Source: a virus
Lineage: Duplodnaviria > Caudoviricetes
DNA: 64,000 nt
Strand: one strand, 5' to 3'
Virus record (IMG/VR): IMGVR_UViG_3300015608_002982
Location: 25,286 to 89,285 of that record
Position 1 is the first letter of the stretch; the number at the start of each line of letters is the position of its first letter. The notes beneath the pieces were generated by a model. The model did no database searches. It saw nothing but the letters and a program-made list of their open reading frames with translations, and was not told the origin of the DNA. Position numbers and translations under genes: made by a program. Of this stretch, positions 26,943 through 37,333 are shown one piece after another.

Positions 26943-29876
26943 TTATAAGTCTTTTTGTTCAGATCTATATTTATCGTATCTATTTGCTATTTCAACTAAG
27001 AATTTATTTCTAACTATATCTTCGTTTGTAAATTCATGCATATATAAATCATTCATTCCGTCTACCATCTTTATAAAGTCATTATATCCTGAGTCTCTTC
27101 TTTTAACATCATATTGTGATGTATCTCCCATCATTACTGCTTTTGAATCCTTACCTAAACGAGTTACCCATAACATAAGTTGTTTAATTGAAGCATTTTG
27201 GCAGTTATGAACCAATATATTTTCAACAAAATAATTGTGATTACCATCAACCTCTATGTTATATACATAATCTGGTTCAGAATCTTCAATATTTACAATC
27301 TCGGTTGTTGATAAATTTTTGTTATATGATATTCTATATAAACTATTATCAAAATTATTAGTATCACTATTCAATTTATAAGACATTGATGGGTGTATAT
27401 ATTTTGATATAATATCAAACATTTTTAAAGAGTTAATTCTATTTAAACATAGTATTACACCTTTTGATGTTTTATAAATACTACTATCTAAACTGAATTT
27501 ATTTTTCAATATTTTAGATAATACATTGACTTCCTCGTAACTCATGGAATTGGTTGAGAATGTTACAGACCCACTTGATTTTGAAATAGATCCATCATCC
27601 ATATACCATATAGCTAAAGTTCTTTCTGTGAACCATCTACTTATCTCACTACTTATGAACTTCTTAGACCCATTATACATAGAGTTATAAAACTCATTTG
27701 ATATATTTATAGATTTTGTTTGAAATCCACACTGCTCTTCACCTGTATATCCAGACTTTAAAGAATTTCTATATGATGATATTTCACCAAAAATATTTTT
27801 TTTGAAATTCATATAGTCATATTGTTTAATAGAATGATTTGTTAGTATTCTATATGACTTTTTAACTTGCTTATTTTGTAGTAATGATGAATCACCCAGA
27901 CACATTCCTAAAATTATATCATATGAGTCATTTGTAATAATTGTGGAATCATTTGTGTTATAGCCTTTATACCTACATATACTATCACCTATGTTTAAGT
28001 TGTCAACTTCAATCCATTTAATTTCTCCATCTTTAAATATCGCAAATGGATGATTTTTTGTTGTCTTTATAGGTTTTATTCTATCCTTTGTATATATTTT
28101 AGTGATATTTTTTATACCATTTTCAAAAACTCCAGTTACTTTTCTATTTTCTAAAATTTTCATATCTTCATTCCAACTAGAAACATACACATCTTTACCT
28201 AATTTAAACATATTAACGATATCTTTTATTCTAAGATAATTAAAAGATCCTCTAGTTCCATGTTTTGTAACAACCCTTGTGTCACCCGTGAAACACTCAT
28301 CTAACAACATTATGCAATTGTCATAAGTTGATCCTCTCATGTAAGCTAAAGGTTCAAAACAAATTTCTTCAGTAGCAAACAAAAAGTCAATTGTTGGTTT
28401 TCCCAAAATTTTACAAAATGTTGTGTAATATGATTGTTTGTATGGATCTATTTTTTCTGCAATGTTACCAGGAAGTGCTCCTAAGTTTTCACCACTTTCC
28501 TGAATTGGCTTAGTGATAATGATTTTTTCTATTTTTTTATCAGCTAATAATGCTAGAGCTGTGTAACAGGTTGTATATGTATTGTGTGTTACAATATAAT
28601 CATTTGTCAAATAGAGATGAGATGGATTATCCACACTAATACACTGAGCTTTCTTTTTACCAATTAGTTTAGCAGATACTATATATCTAGTTGGTTTATA
28701 TTTTGACTTTGGTTTTACTAATTTAAATTTTCTATTTAATGAAAATGGATTTATTTCCGAATTCATTTTTATAGTTATTTTATATGACGTTTTTCCATAT
28801 ATTTTTTCACCAGATTTAATATAGTAACTATCTGATGGAGTGTGATCTGTTGCAACTCCACCTAGTGATTGAACCAACTCTTTAACATCATTGATTAATC
28901 TTTTGGATGTTGATGAGAAGCTTACAAAGGTACCATCTTTAGATACAGATCCGTCCGAATCCATCAGTCCTCTTAATATAGATATTCTATTTTCTATAGA
29001 ATTGAATTTATAACAATCCGGGATAAATTTTTCTTGTGAGAGTTTATTCCAAAGTCCTATTTTAGTTAAATATTGTTTAATTTTGTTTTCTCTTACTTCG
29101 GGTTCTTTTACCAATGAGTAGTCATAACAACCTCTATAAATTACAGAAATTTCTTCATCAATTAAATTTTCAATACGTTCTACTATCTCTAAATCAGATG
29201 TCGTGAAATTAACACTTCCTCTAAAACATCCATCTCCAATTAGGAATCCCATAATATATGGATCTATGTCTACTTTTATTTCGTTAAATTGAACAGGCTT
29301 TGTAATAGGAATTGTGTGGTTTATCCTACCTCTTTTAGTATAGAGTGTTTCTATAATTTCCGAAGTTGATTTAACACTTCCTTCCTTTTCATCTTTATGT
29401 CTACTTCTTTTACCATTTATGGTTTTAGTCCATTTCCTATTATTTCTATCACTTTCGGTTTGAGTAAACCATAAATGGTCACCACAGCACTCTACTTTAG
29501 AACTATCAGAAAAAGTTAGCTCCCAAATATCTTTTTCACCTTGTGGATAAACTCCCGTGACAATTGTTGGTAAGCCATCAACAGAGATAACTCTATCACC
29601 TATTTGTATTTCACCCATCTTAACCCAACCATTTGGTGTTAAAATTGGTGAATCTAATGGTTGGGCTTTGCTTGTCCCGGCTGGCCCATGAACTACTGAC
29701 AAAATATTGTTTCTTATTCCTTTGTATAAGAGTTGTTGTTTATCAGATAAATGTACATTTGATTTTTGAAATTCCTCTTTAGTTAAAGAGTTCTTTTTTC
29801 TAAGATTCTTTTTGTATTCAAATTCTTGAATTCCGTCCTGAATCTGACCGTTAAGTTCGCTTTTGTACTTGCTCAT
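26943..29876 (-). CDS. phoH: PhoH-family ATPase interrupted by two inteins (spliced product about 251 aa)
   Basis: GPAGTSK|T, ITKP..ESGENLGALPG, EPLAYMRG, LLDE|CQN, LWVTRLG, GDTSQYD. Confidence 0.93.
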   Translation of the reverse strand: MSKYKSELNGQIQDGIQEFEYKKNLRKKNSLTKEEFQKSNVHLSDKQQLLYKGIRNNILSVVHGPAGTSKAQPLDSPILTPNGWVKMGEIQIGDRVISVDGLPTIVTGVYPQGEKDIWELTFSDSSKVECCGDHLWFTQTESDRNNRKWTKTINGKRSRHKDEKEGSVKSTSEIIETLYTKRGRINHTIPITKPVQFNEIKVDIDPYIMGFLIGDGCFRGSVNFTTSDLEIVERIENLIDEEISVIYRGCYDYSLVKEPEVRENKIKQYLTKIGLWNKLSQEKFIPDCYKFNSIENRISILRGLMDSDGSVSKDGTFVSFSSTSKRLINDVKELVQSLGGVATDHTPSDSYYIKSGEKIYGKTSYKITIKMNSEINPFSLNRKFKLVKPKSKYKPTRYIVSAKLIGKKKAQCISVDNPSHLYLTNDYIVTHNTYTTCYTALALLADKKIEKIIITKPIQESGENLGALPGNIAEKIDPYKQSYYTTFCKILGKPTIDFLFATEEICFEPLAYMRGSTYDNCIMLLDECFTGDTRVVTKHGTRGSFNYLRIKDIVNMFKLGKDVYVSSWNEDMKILENRKVTGVFENGIKNITKIYTKDRIKPIKTTKNHPFAIFKDGEIKWIEVDNLNIGDSICRYKGYNTNDSTIITNDSYDIILGMCLGDSSLLQNKQVKKSYRILTNHSIKQYDYMNFKKNIFGEISSYRNSLKSGYTGEEQCGFQTKSINISNEFYNSMYNGSKKFISSEISRWFTERTLAIWYMDDGSISKSSGSVTFSTNSMSYEEVNVLSKILKNKFSLDSSIYKTSKGVILCLNRINSLKMFDIISKYIHPSMSYKLNSDTNNFDNSLYRISYNKNLSTTEIVNIEDSEPDYVYNIEVDGNHNYFVENILVHNCQNASIKQLMLWVTRLGKDSKAVMMGDTSQYDVKRRDSGYNDFIKMVDGMNDLYMHEFTNEDIVRNKFLVEIANRYDKYRSEQKDL
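27204..28295 (-). mobile_element. Class 1 intein with LAGLIDADG endonuclease at Walker B of PhoH (364 aa)
   Basis: CFTGDT start, TTKNHPF block B, ILGMCLGDS and IWYMDDGS, ends VHN followed by C. Confidence 0.92.
28581..29666 (-). mobile_element. Class 3 intein with LAGLIDADG endonuclease in the P-loop of PhoH (362 aa)
   Basis: Ala1 (AQPLDS), DHLW, AQCISV, VTHN followed by T (WCT triplet); MGFLIGDG and LRGLMDSDG. Confidence 0.9.
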
Positions 29877-29948
29877 TAAAAATGATTTTTCTTTTATATA
29901 TTGATATCTTTTATACTCCTTTTTCTAATTATAAGAGCTACCATATTT

Positions 29949-29957
29949 TAATATATA
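29949..29957 (+). promoter_or_regulatory. TAATATATA motif heading the plus-strand structural block
   Basis: 22 nt upstream of ATG 29980. Confidence 0.55.
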
Positions 29958-29979
29958 AGTCAAATAGTATTCTACTCGG

Positions 29980-30198
29980 ATGAAAAAAAACGAAGATGAC
30001 TTAATTTATGATTTGATTTTTTCTGATAAAGAAAATTTTAAAATCGATATTTCTGACTACTTATCGGATATATACAAGTACGAAGAATTCATTGAGAAGA
30101 TTAAAAAAATATTAAAAAAATCAAAAGTTAAAATAATCATTAGTGACACACTAATGATTAGTAAAACTGTGATTTGGGAACTAAAAGTTAAAAAATAA
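29980..30198 (+). CDS. Hypothetical protein
   Basis: 72-aa ORF directly upstream of the 2100-aa gene. Confidence 0.55.
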   Translation: MKKNEDDLIYDLIFSDKENFKIDISDYLSDIYKYEEFIEKIKKILKKSKVKIIISDTLMISKTVIWELKVKK

Positions 30199-30200
30199 TT

Positions 30201-33200
30201 ATGTGGATATATAATAGCGATTATAAGAAGTGGTTTGCCAAAGATGACTCAATTTCCAAAAATGACTTTGATTATCTAAAACAAGAACTAAAATCAACTA
30301 GACTTTACTCAAGAGTATTGAGTGGTGCTACTTATTTGCCGGTAAATGACTTAAATAACTTATATGATATATTAGTTGATTATCAACAAAGAGATTGGTA
30401 TGTAAGTGCTGATCCTACAAATGGTTCTTTATATAGTGCTACTTCTATACCACCGCAACATGCAAGTCCAATAGATAAAAACTCTTCAAATAACTATTAT
30501 ACAAAATATTTATCTGAATATGGTTTGACACTTAAAAATCTATTCACACCTTATCGACTTATTAAAGATTCTTCAAAGAATTATTATGATGTTGATGTTG
30601 CTACAACTGAGACCTTAGACCTTACCAATATACCTAAGTCTATAGATGGAGTTAATCTTATAGAAGGTCATAGAGTTTTAGTTAAGGATCAAGTTTCTAC
30701 AACTGTTTTGTTAGCAACTGCTGATCCAACTACTTATTTTACAGGTAACTATATAATCACACAGGACTTAGGTGCTACAATAGAATATCAGTACTATAAC
30801 GAAGAAAATGGTATTTACAAATTTACAAATGGTAGCTTAGTTAGAGAGAAAGACCTTGATGATTATAGTAAGTGTGTAAGATATAGTGTTCTTGTAAAGT
30901 TAGGCTTATCTAATGCAAATAAACAATATCATTTATCAAGACTATTAGATGGTTACTACCCATCAACTTCTCTTACACAGCCTATTGAGTTTAAGGAAAA
31001 ACATAATTGGATATTAAGAAATAGAGTTGATTATAATAACCTATTTGAGATTAATTATTATGATGTTCTAAAACATGGAACACAATCTTATAACTTTGAA
31101 GGAATGACTTATAGTATTCCAGAACGAACAATAGCTATTGGTGAGTTTGGAGTTATATTAAATACACAAGAAGGTAAATCAAATATTATAAAAAACAAAT
31201 ATAAGGTAAATCTTAGAGGTATTACTCAAACTTCTAAATACTATTGGATTTGTGGAGATGAAAATACACTTTTAAAAGTTAGAAAACATGACTTTTTTAT
31301 TGATAGAATTATCGTTGAGAATATACCAACTACTCTTCCTAATATAATTAAGTCTAATCTTTCATCTGTTTCATTTTTTGATGATTTGAATGGTGCTGTT
31401 GTTGGTGAGTTAAATACAATTCTTTATACAAAAAATGGTGGTCTAAATTGGAATCGTATAGAAGTTTCTGATTTTACCGGTTATAACTATAATAAAGTTT
31501 TATATTCAACAAACTCTAGCTTTTTTGTTGCCGGTAATACTGGTGTTTTAATAGAGTTTGTTAATACTTTAGCTGGTTGGGTTGCTTATAAAAGAAGAGT
31601 TTCAAAAATTGAGGATTCAGTTGATGAGTATTTGTTAGTTGAAAATATTAATGATTTATATAAAACAACTTTAACATCTTGGTCAATATCTTATAATTAT
31701 TATACGCAATCAATACCGACTAATAAAGAGCTTTTGTTCTTAGTAACAAATAATAATAACATTATTGCTTATGATATCAACAATTCTTTTTCACAAGTAG
31801 GAACAGACTTTATTTATTTTGATTTTGGCAAAAATTATGGAGATGTTAGAAACATTACACAGAAAGCTGGTACAAATAAATTTTATTTTACCGGAACTGA
31901 TCCTATAAGTGGAAATGATGGTATTTTCTCTTTTGATATTTCAACTTTTAACCTACTAGGTACTGGTAGTTCTTATTCAAATACTACCGTTGCGAATACT
32001 ACCGCTGTTTATGAATATTCATCATATCTTAATAAAATATTTGATTATAACGGCAATCAAATGTTGGCTTGTGGTAATAATTCTATTTTAGGAATTTCTA
32101 CATATCCTACATTAAGTTTCAGTACATTAGATTCTACATTTAATAACAAGTTAAAATCTAAGATGCTATTTGTTGATTATGATATTGCATCTAAATTAAA
32201 CTTCTTTACAGACCAAGGAGAGTATAGATTGCCAACATCTCTTACATTTAGTACTTCATTAACTGCATCGGGTAGTAAATTAGAGTTTTTACCAATTCAA
32301 CACGGAATAACATCTACGAATAATGGTACTTATTCAGAAACTAACTGGATTACATATATGACAGATAGTATGAAAACATTTGAGTACTACAGTAATGCTC
32401 CTTTAGATGAATCAACTAAGGTTTTAATCTCAACTACTTTCTCATATACTAGTCAAATAACATCAATTACATATAGTAATGTGAATATTACTGCATCTGC
32501 TTCGCAAATTAGCTATTTAGCACCAATGATAACATATGCAACCGCTAGCAGATATGATGGTCAGTTTTTACCTGCCATAACAGCACCTCCATCAAGTTCT
32601 TATAATATATACCTATATGATTACTTAATGGTTTATAAAGTACCTACAAGTTATCTTGTTTCAAAGGGAGATGTTTTACTATTTAAGAGTCCGATGGTCG
32701 ATACTCATCTAACTGTAAATAAAATAGTTGATATTGGTTCTTGGAGATATATTTATTTATATACTGAGTTTAATCAAAATATTATTACCGATTTAACAAA
32801 GACATCTGGTGTTATTACTGTAACTAACTTGAATAAGTACTCTAATATGGGTCAATTAAAGTATAGATTTAATAATCATCCAATCTCTGATGGTTATAAA
32901 ATAGAATATGTTGATACATATGGAAATGTTACTTCAGCAACAACTAGTGTTTTTCAAATAACACCTAGATTTAACTATGAGACTGCCTACTATAATTTAC
33001 AATATAGAGGATTAGTAAGTGCGGCATCTCAAAATATTAATTATAATAATACTTATTATTTTAATGGTGGTGCGACTGCTACAGTAGCTACTTCTTTGAA
33101 TTATTTTGGTGGTGGTCATACTCAAAATAACTATCCTGCTTGGTCAGGTCAGTTATTAAATATGATTAATCTACCAATTCCTGGTGAGCAAGTTATTGTA

Positions 33201-36200
33201 AAACTCAACAACATAGCTCAAATATTTACATTCACTGCAGGTCCTTCAAGTGGATTAAATGTTAATATAGACACAGATCCTTTTAATGGAATACCAAATA
33301 CACTTAATAATTTATTAAATGCTATTACAACCAATCCAACATTAGCTCCGTTTTTATACATTCCACTTTGTCAGGTTGGCTCTTTACCACCTTCATTAAA
33401 TTGGCTCGAATTATGGACTAATCCAATCTTTGGTTCTCTTCCAAATAGTAATCCGGCTTGGCAAATAGTAACCAATCCTGCTTATCCAGCATCTATAACT
33501 TGGCAGTTTGCTGGTCCATCTATTCAATTTACTGGTGGTATAACTGATCCAATACCTACTACATCAGCAACTGTTAGTGCTACAATGTCTTCTTTGCCAT
33601 TAAATAATGACACTTGCTTAGTTTATGTCGGTTCTACGCCATATACATTTACTTTTAAAAACTCGCCTATTTTATCAACAGATGTTCAAATTACAGGTAG
33701 TATTAATTCTACATTGATAGACCTTAAAAACAAGATACTTGCATTGACTGGTCTAAATGCTAAGGTTAGTTCAGCTACAGTTGTTGGTAATCAAATACAA
33801 CTTTCTGCTTTTTCTACTTTTGGCTCTACACCTAACACTAATTGGTATATAAGATTTAATTTAACAACATCTTTAGGCTCTTTCTCATATGTTAATGCAA
33901 CTATGTCAATAGTACCAAGTAATGGTGATACATGTGTTGTTACAGTTAATTCTACACCATATACATTTACATTTGTAAGTCCTGGTCCTGCTGTTGGTTC
34001 ATATCAAGTTCAAGTAGGTGGTACAATAAACACAACATTAACTAATTTAAGAACAAAGATAAACTCATCTCCTGTATTGTCTTTCTTATCCGGTTCATCT
34101 GTTAATGGTAATCAGATTGGATTGACTGCTACACCAATTGGACCTACACCAAATAACAATTGGAATATTAATTTTTCACTAAATACTGGATCGTATTTTA
34201 CTTCATCTATATATGATGCTAAATACACAGATTCATTTTTGAAATTTGGATATTCACCTACTTATAATCTAATGGATTATTTAACAGGTATAAATGATCC
34301 AAATGATGTTAATCCTAAGTTCTACGCAACTAAAGAGTATTTAGCAATGCCAATTTATAATGGATTGCCTTTAGGTAGCTTATCAACATCAACAGTTTAT
34401 ATTGATTATAACGGTATGACATATTCTGGTGGTAGTTATAGCTTGCCGGTAAATAAGATTTTATTTGGCTCAGACTTTAAATTAGAATGGGAAAGTATAT
34501 TCTTAAATACATTTGTTGATGTAAAGATACATGGTATCTCTCAAACATATACTACTGAGAAAATGCTAGTTACTGATAAGTATTATGATTCAATAAATGA
34601 TACTTATATTGTTGAATTTCATAAGAGATTTAACTTGCCTTTAGGTATTAATATTTTACAATCAGGTTGTACTTTAGATATTATCTCAAGAAGACATTTA
34701 TATCAGATAAGTGAAGATCTACAAGAATTGAATAATATTCAAAGAACAAAAGGCAAAGTTAATAAAGTTCATCCAGATTCAAGTAGGGTAAATTACTCAT
34801 ATGAATCTTATGAAAATGAGTTAAATTATAAGATACCTACAGATTCTTATGCTAAAATTCTTTTATCGGACTCAGATACAATTCAACAATTATCAGCTGT
34901 TATTTATATTGACTATAAGAATGAACTTGCTATGAATATAACAAGGCTAGTAAAAGAGTATAATGTGCCTATAGTTAATACTATAGATTACAGCGGTAAG
35001 CTTTATATTTCATGCGCACAAAATCATGATTTAATAACTGGAGATGGTGTTGTACTTGATTTTATAGGCGGTACAGGATCTTCTCAAGAATTAAATCCAC
35101 AATACTCTGGTTATCATGTTATTACTAAAATAAATAACACAGACTTTGTAACAGATATTAACTATGGAGTTGCACCTACTGTTGGTTTAGATAGTGGTTA
35201 TGTTAGATATACTAAACAAGATCCTTTCTTAAATTATCAACCAGTTGATTTAATTGACTTGGGAATTGATGGTAAGGGTAAAATAGCTATAGAGTTATCA
35301 GTAGATAATGTAAAACTTTCTGAAGGTATTTATAGCCTTGTTGATGTAGATTTTGAGAAATATAGATTTAGATTAATAGATGGTCTAAACATAGAAACAG
35401 TCAATCTTCAATACTCTTGGTTACTTGAGGCGGAGTTGTCAGATGCTTTAATTGGATTTAATGGTCAGTTAATTTGGTACAAAGGAACTTGGGTATATGG
35501 TAGATGGTTTGGTGGTGTTTGGCAGTCGGGTGTCTGGATGGCAGGTGATTGGTATGGTGGTGTTTGGAATTCAAATATAGAATCAATTTGGTATTCAGGT
35601 AGATGGTTTGATGGTACTTGGAACGGTGGTGTTTGGAATAATGGTAGATGGTATGGAGGTACTTGGAATAACGGTATGTGGCACAGAGGTACTTGGAATG
35701 ATGGCACTTGGAACGAAGGTTCTTTTGAAGGAGGTATCTGGGTTTTAGGAACTTGGAATAAAGGTGTATTTAGTTGTAAAAACGAACCAGCTTACTGGTT
35801 AGATGGTAAGTGGTATGGTGGTGATTTTGAGAATGGTATGTGGTACAACGGTTACTGGGAACAAAAAAATAAACTTGCAAGATTTGGTACTAAGTCTTTC
35901 AATAGTAGAACAGCCAACTGGCAAGCAGGTATCTGGGTTAGTGGATCATTCTATTCTTATATAAATACAAATGATCAAGGAATACTTGATGTTTCTGATG
36001 TACATAAATATTCTATTTGGAAAACTGGACAATGGTTATCAGGTGAGTGGTATGGTGGTATTGCTTACAATATGGATTTCAAAACAGGTACTTGGTATGG
36101 TGGTATATTAGAAGAAATAGAGGTTATTGGAATAGACGCGGTTAATAACACATTTATACTTAATGGTATATTCAAATTCAATATAGGTGATAAAATATAC

Positions 36201-36503
36201 ATCATAGATAATGAACTAAATAATTCTAACTCGGTTTATGGTAGTAACTTATCACCAGGTGAGTATGTTGTTCTTTATCAAAAAGAAGACTCCCTAAACA
36301 AAAGAACTATACTATATGTAGATACTAAATTATCTACACTTGGTTCATCTGTAACTCCTGCGGTTGATACTGGTTTAAGAGTTGTTTCTAGATTTAGAAA
36401 TCTAAACTGGAAGTCTGGTATATGGACAAATGGTATCTATGATTCTGGTCTTTGGGAAGGTGGTATTTGGTATAATGGTGTATTTAGTGGTACTTGGACA
36501 TAA
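30201..36503 (+). CDS. Giant probable virion structural protein (tail/baseplate/fibre-like)
   Basis: IDGVNLIEGHRVLVKDQ...NGIY tail-protein motif, propeller-like YTKNGGLNW segment, three about 100-aa internal repeats, C-terminal WxxGx repeats. Confidence 0.6.
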   Translation: MWIYNSDYKKWFAKDDSISKNDFDYLKQELKSTRLYSRVLSGATYLPVNDLNNLYDILVDYQQRDWYVSADPTNGSLYSATSIPPQHASPIDKNSSNNYYTKYLSEYGLTLKNLFTPYRLIKDSSKNYYDVDVATTETLDLTNIPKSIDGVNLIEGHRVLVKDQVSTTVLLATADPTTYFTGNYIITQDLGATIEYQYYNEENGIYKFTNGSLVREKDLDDYSKCVRYSVLVKLGLSNANKQYHLSRLLDGYYPSTSLTQPIEFKEKHNWILRNRVDYNNLFEINYYDVLKHGTQSYNFEGMTYSIPERTIAIGEFGVILNTQEGKSNIIKNKYKVNLRGITQTSKYYWICGDENTLLKVRKHDFFIDRIIVENIPTTLPNIIKSNLSSVSFFDDLNGAVVGELNTILYTKNGGLNWNRIEVSDFTGYNYNKVLYSTNSSFFVAGNTGVLIEFVNTLAGWVAYKRRVSKIEDSVDEYLLVENINDLYKTTLTSWSISYNYYTQSIPTNKELLFLVTNNNNIIAYDINNSFSQVGTDFIYFDFGKNYGDVRNITQKAGTNKFYFTGTDPISGNDGIFSFDISTFNLLGTGSSYSNTTVANTTAVYEYSSYLNKIFDYNGNQMLACGNNSILGISTYPTLSFSTLDSTFNNKLKSKMLFVDYDIASKLNFFTDQGEYRLPTSLTFSTSLTASGSKLEFLPIQHGITSTNNGTYSETNWITYMTDSMKTFEYYSNAPLDESTKVLISTTFSYTSQITSITYSNVNITASASQISYLAPMITYATASRYDGQFLPAITAPPSSSYNIYLYDYLMVYKVPTSYLVSKGDVLLFKSPMVDTHLTVNKIVDIGSWRYIYLYTEFNQNIITDLTKTSGVITVTNLNKYSNMGQLKYRFNNHPISDGYKIEYVDTYGNVTSATTSVFQITPRFNYETAYYNLQYRGLVSAASQNINYNNTYYFNGGATATVATSLNYFGGGHTQNNYPAWSGQLLNMINLPIPGEQVIVKLNNIAQIFTFTAGPSSGLNVNIDTDPFNGIPNTLNNLLNAITTNPTLAPFLYIPLCQVGSLPPSLNWLELWTNPIFGSLPNSNPAWQIVTNPAYPASITWQFAGPSIQFTGGITDPIPTTSATVSATMSSLPLNNDTCLVYVGSTPYTFTFKNSPILSTDVQITGSINSTLIDLKNKILALTGLNAKVSSATVVGNQIQLSAFSTFGSTPNTNWYIRFNLTTSLGSFSYVNATMSIVPSNGDTCVVTVNSTPYTFTFVSPGPAVGSYQVQVGGTINTTLTNLRTKINSSPVLSFLSGSSVNGNQIGLTATPIGPTPNNNWNINFSLNTGSYFTSSIYDAKYTDSFLKFGYSPTYNLMDYLTGINDPNDVNPKFYATKEYLAMPIYNGLPLGSLSTSTVYIDYNGMTYSGGSYSLPVNKILFGSDFKLEWESIFLNTFVDVKIHGISQTYTTEKMLVTDKYYDSINDTYIVEFHKRFNLPLGINILQSGCTLDIISRRHLYQISEDLQELNNIQRTKGKVNKVHPDSSRVNYSYESYENELNYKIPTDSYAKILLSDSDTIQQLSAVIYIDYKNELAMNITRLVKEYNVPIVNTIDYSGKLYISCAQNHDLITGDGVVLDFIGGTGSSQELNPQYSGYHVITKINNTDFVTDINYGVAPTVGLDSGYVRYTKQDPFLNYQPVDLIDLGIDGKGKIAIELSVDNVKLSEGIYSLVDVDFEKYRFRLIDGLNIETVNLQYSWLLEAELSDALIGFNGQLIWYKGTWVYGRWFGGVWQSGVWMAGDWYGGVWNSNIESIWYSGRWFDGTWNGGVWNNGRWYGGTWNNGMWHRGTWNDGTWNEGSFEGGIWVLGTWNKGVFSCKNEPAYWLDGKWYGGDFENGMWYNGYWEQKNKLARFGTKSFNSRTANWQAGIWVSGSFYSYINTNDQGILDVSDVHKYSIWKTGQWLSGEWYGGIAYNMDFKTGTWYGGILEEIEVIGIDAVNNTFILNGIFKFNIGDKIYIIDNELNNSNSVYGSNLSPGEYVVLYQKEDSLNKRTILYVDTKLSTLGSSVTPAVDTGLRVVSRFRNLNWKSGIWTNGIYDSGLWEGGIWYNGVFSGTWT
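33159..34180 (+). repeat. Three imperfect about 100-aa domain repeats within the 2100-aa protein
   Basis: DTCxVxVxSTPYTFTF...TLxxLxxKI...GNQIxLxA...TPNxNW in copies 2 and 3; looser copy 1. Confidence 0.65.
35465..36500 (+). repeat. [WF]-x-x-G-x pentapeptide repeats (15-nt period)
   Basis: e.g. WFDGTWNGGVWNNGRWYGGTWNNGMWHRGTWNDGTWNEGSF; repeated GGTACTTGGAA. Confidence 0.8.
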
Positions 36504-36531
36504 ATTTAAAATTTAATTTAATATATACATT

Positions 36532-36897
36532 ATGATTAAGAAATATCTTCAATTTATAAAAGAAGCTGATGAGCCTGTAAAAGATAATAATAAATATACA
36601 GAGCTTAAAGAAGAAATCAAATCAATGATTGAAAAAACTATCGAGAAGAGTGGTGGTGAGTATAAATCATTTGTAGATAAGTTTATTAAGTCACCTGATG
36701 ATGTTAAGATAGAGGGTCTTATAAATGATTCAGATATATATGACTTCTATCTTAAATTTAGAAATGATATAGATGAATTGCTTAATGATATTAAGTACTT
36801 TGATGAAGTTCCAAGCGAGTCTAATACTTTTGGACTATATGACTATATCATAAATGGCACAGAGAAAGCAATTATAGAGGCTGTTAAACTTTTATAA
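36532..36897 (+). CDS. Putative virion internal protein (CTS-like N-terminus)
   Basis: MIKKYLQFIKE; TAATATATA at 36519-36527. Confidence 0.6.
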   Translation: MIKKYLQFIKEADEPVKDNNKYTELKEEIKSMIEKTIEKSGGEYKSFVDKFIKSPDDVKIEGLINDSDIYDFYLKFRNDIDELLNDIKYFDEVPSESNTFGLYDYIINGTEKAIIEAVKLL

Positions 36898-37333
36898 TTC
36901 TTCTTTTTTCTGACCTAATAAATGTAATACCCTTAAATTTTAATAATTTATCTGATATGTCAAAGTGATGTAGTGTATTTATAACTACGATAAGTTGAAA
37001 TTTATTATATTCTTTTTCTAATTCTAAAAGCTCTAATAGGAAATTAAATAAGTTTTTTTTATCATACTTTAAAAAGTTTATAGGGTCTATGACAACATAA
37101 GATAGATTATTATTAAGTAACCCACCATGATTTAATATCTCATATTCTAAATCATCTAGGTGAGTGCTTTTATTTGGAAAGGCAGTAACTTGAATATTTT
37201 TGTTTTTTAATTCAATACTTTTTATTCTCTTATCAAAATCAAGTGCAAAGTATAAAGTTTTTTTAGACTTATCAATTAGATTAAAAACCTTACTTGATTT
37301 ACCCGAATTTCTTTCACCATGAATTACTATCAT
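36884..37333 (-). CDS. Small RecA-fold-like P-loop protein
   Basis: IHGERNSGKS Walker A-like; YVVIDPINFL Walker B-like. Confidence 0.5.
   Translation of the reverse strand: MIVIHGERNSGKSSKVFNLIDKSKKTLYFALDFDKRIKSIELKNKNIQVTAFPNKSTHLDDLEYEILNHGGLLNNNLSYVVIDPINFLKYDKKNLFNFLLELLELEKEYNKFQLIVVINTLHHFDISDKLLKFKGITFIRSEKRRIIKV

Noticed and set aside
35465-35707. 80-aa minus-strand ORF with PPYQ/PLFQ repeats (also shadows 39583..39795, 45679..45924, 48928..49122, 49144..49545, 53300..53512, 54571..54756, 56956..57171, 57475..57684, 58136..58387, 59836..60102, 60356..60580, 60587..60787)
   Set aside because: Antisense or alternate-frame by-products of real genes; the repeat is just the reverse complement of the WxxG codons
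35590-35770. Repeated GGTACTTGGAA units resembling a CRISPR array or DGR repeat
   Set aside because: 15-nt coding periodicity with no unique 30-40-nt spacers; no template/variable repeat pair or reverse transcriptase in the window
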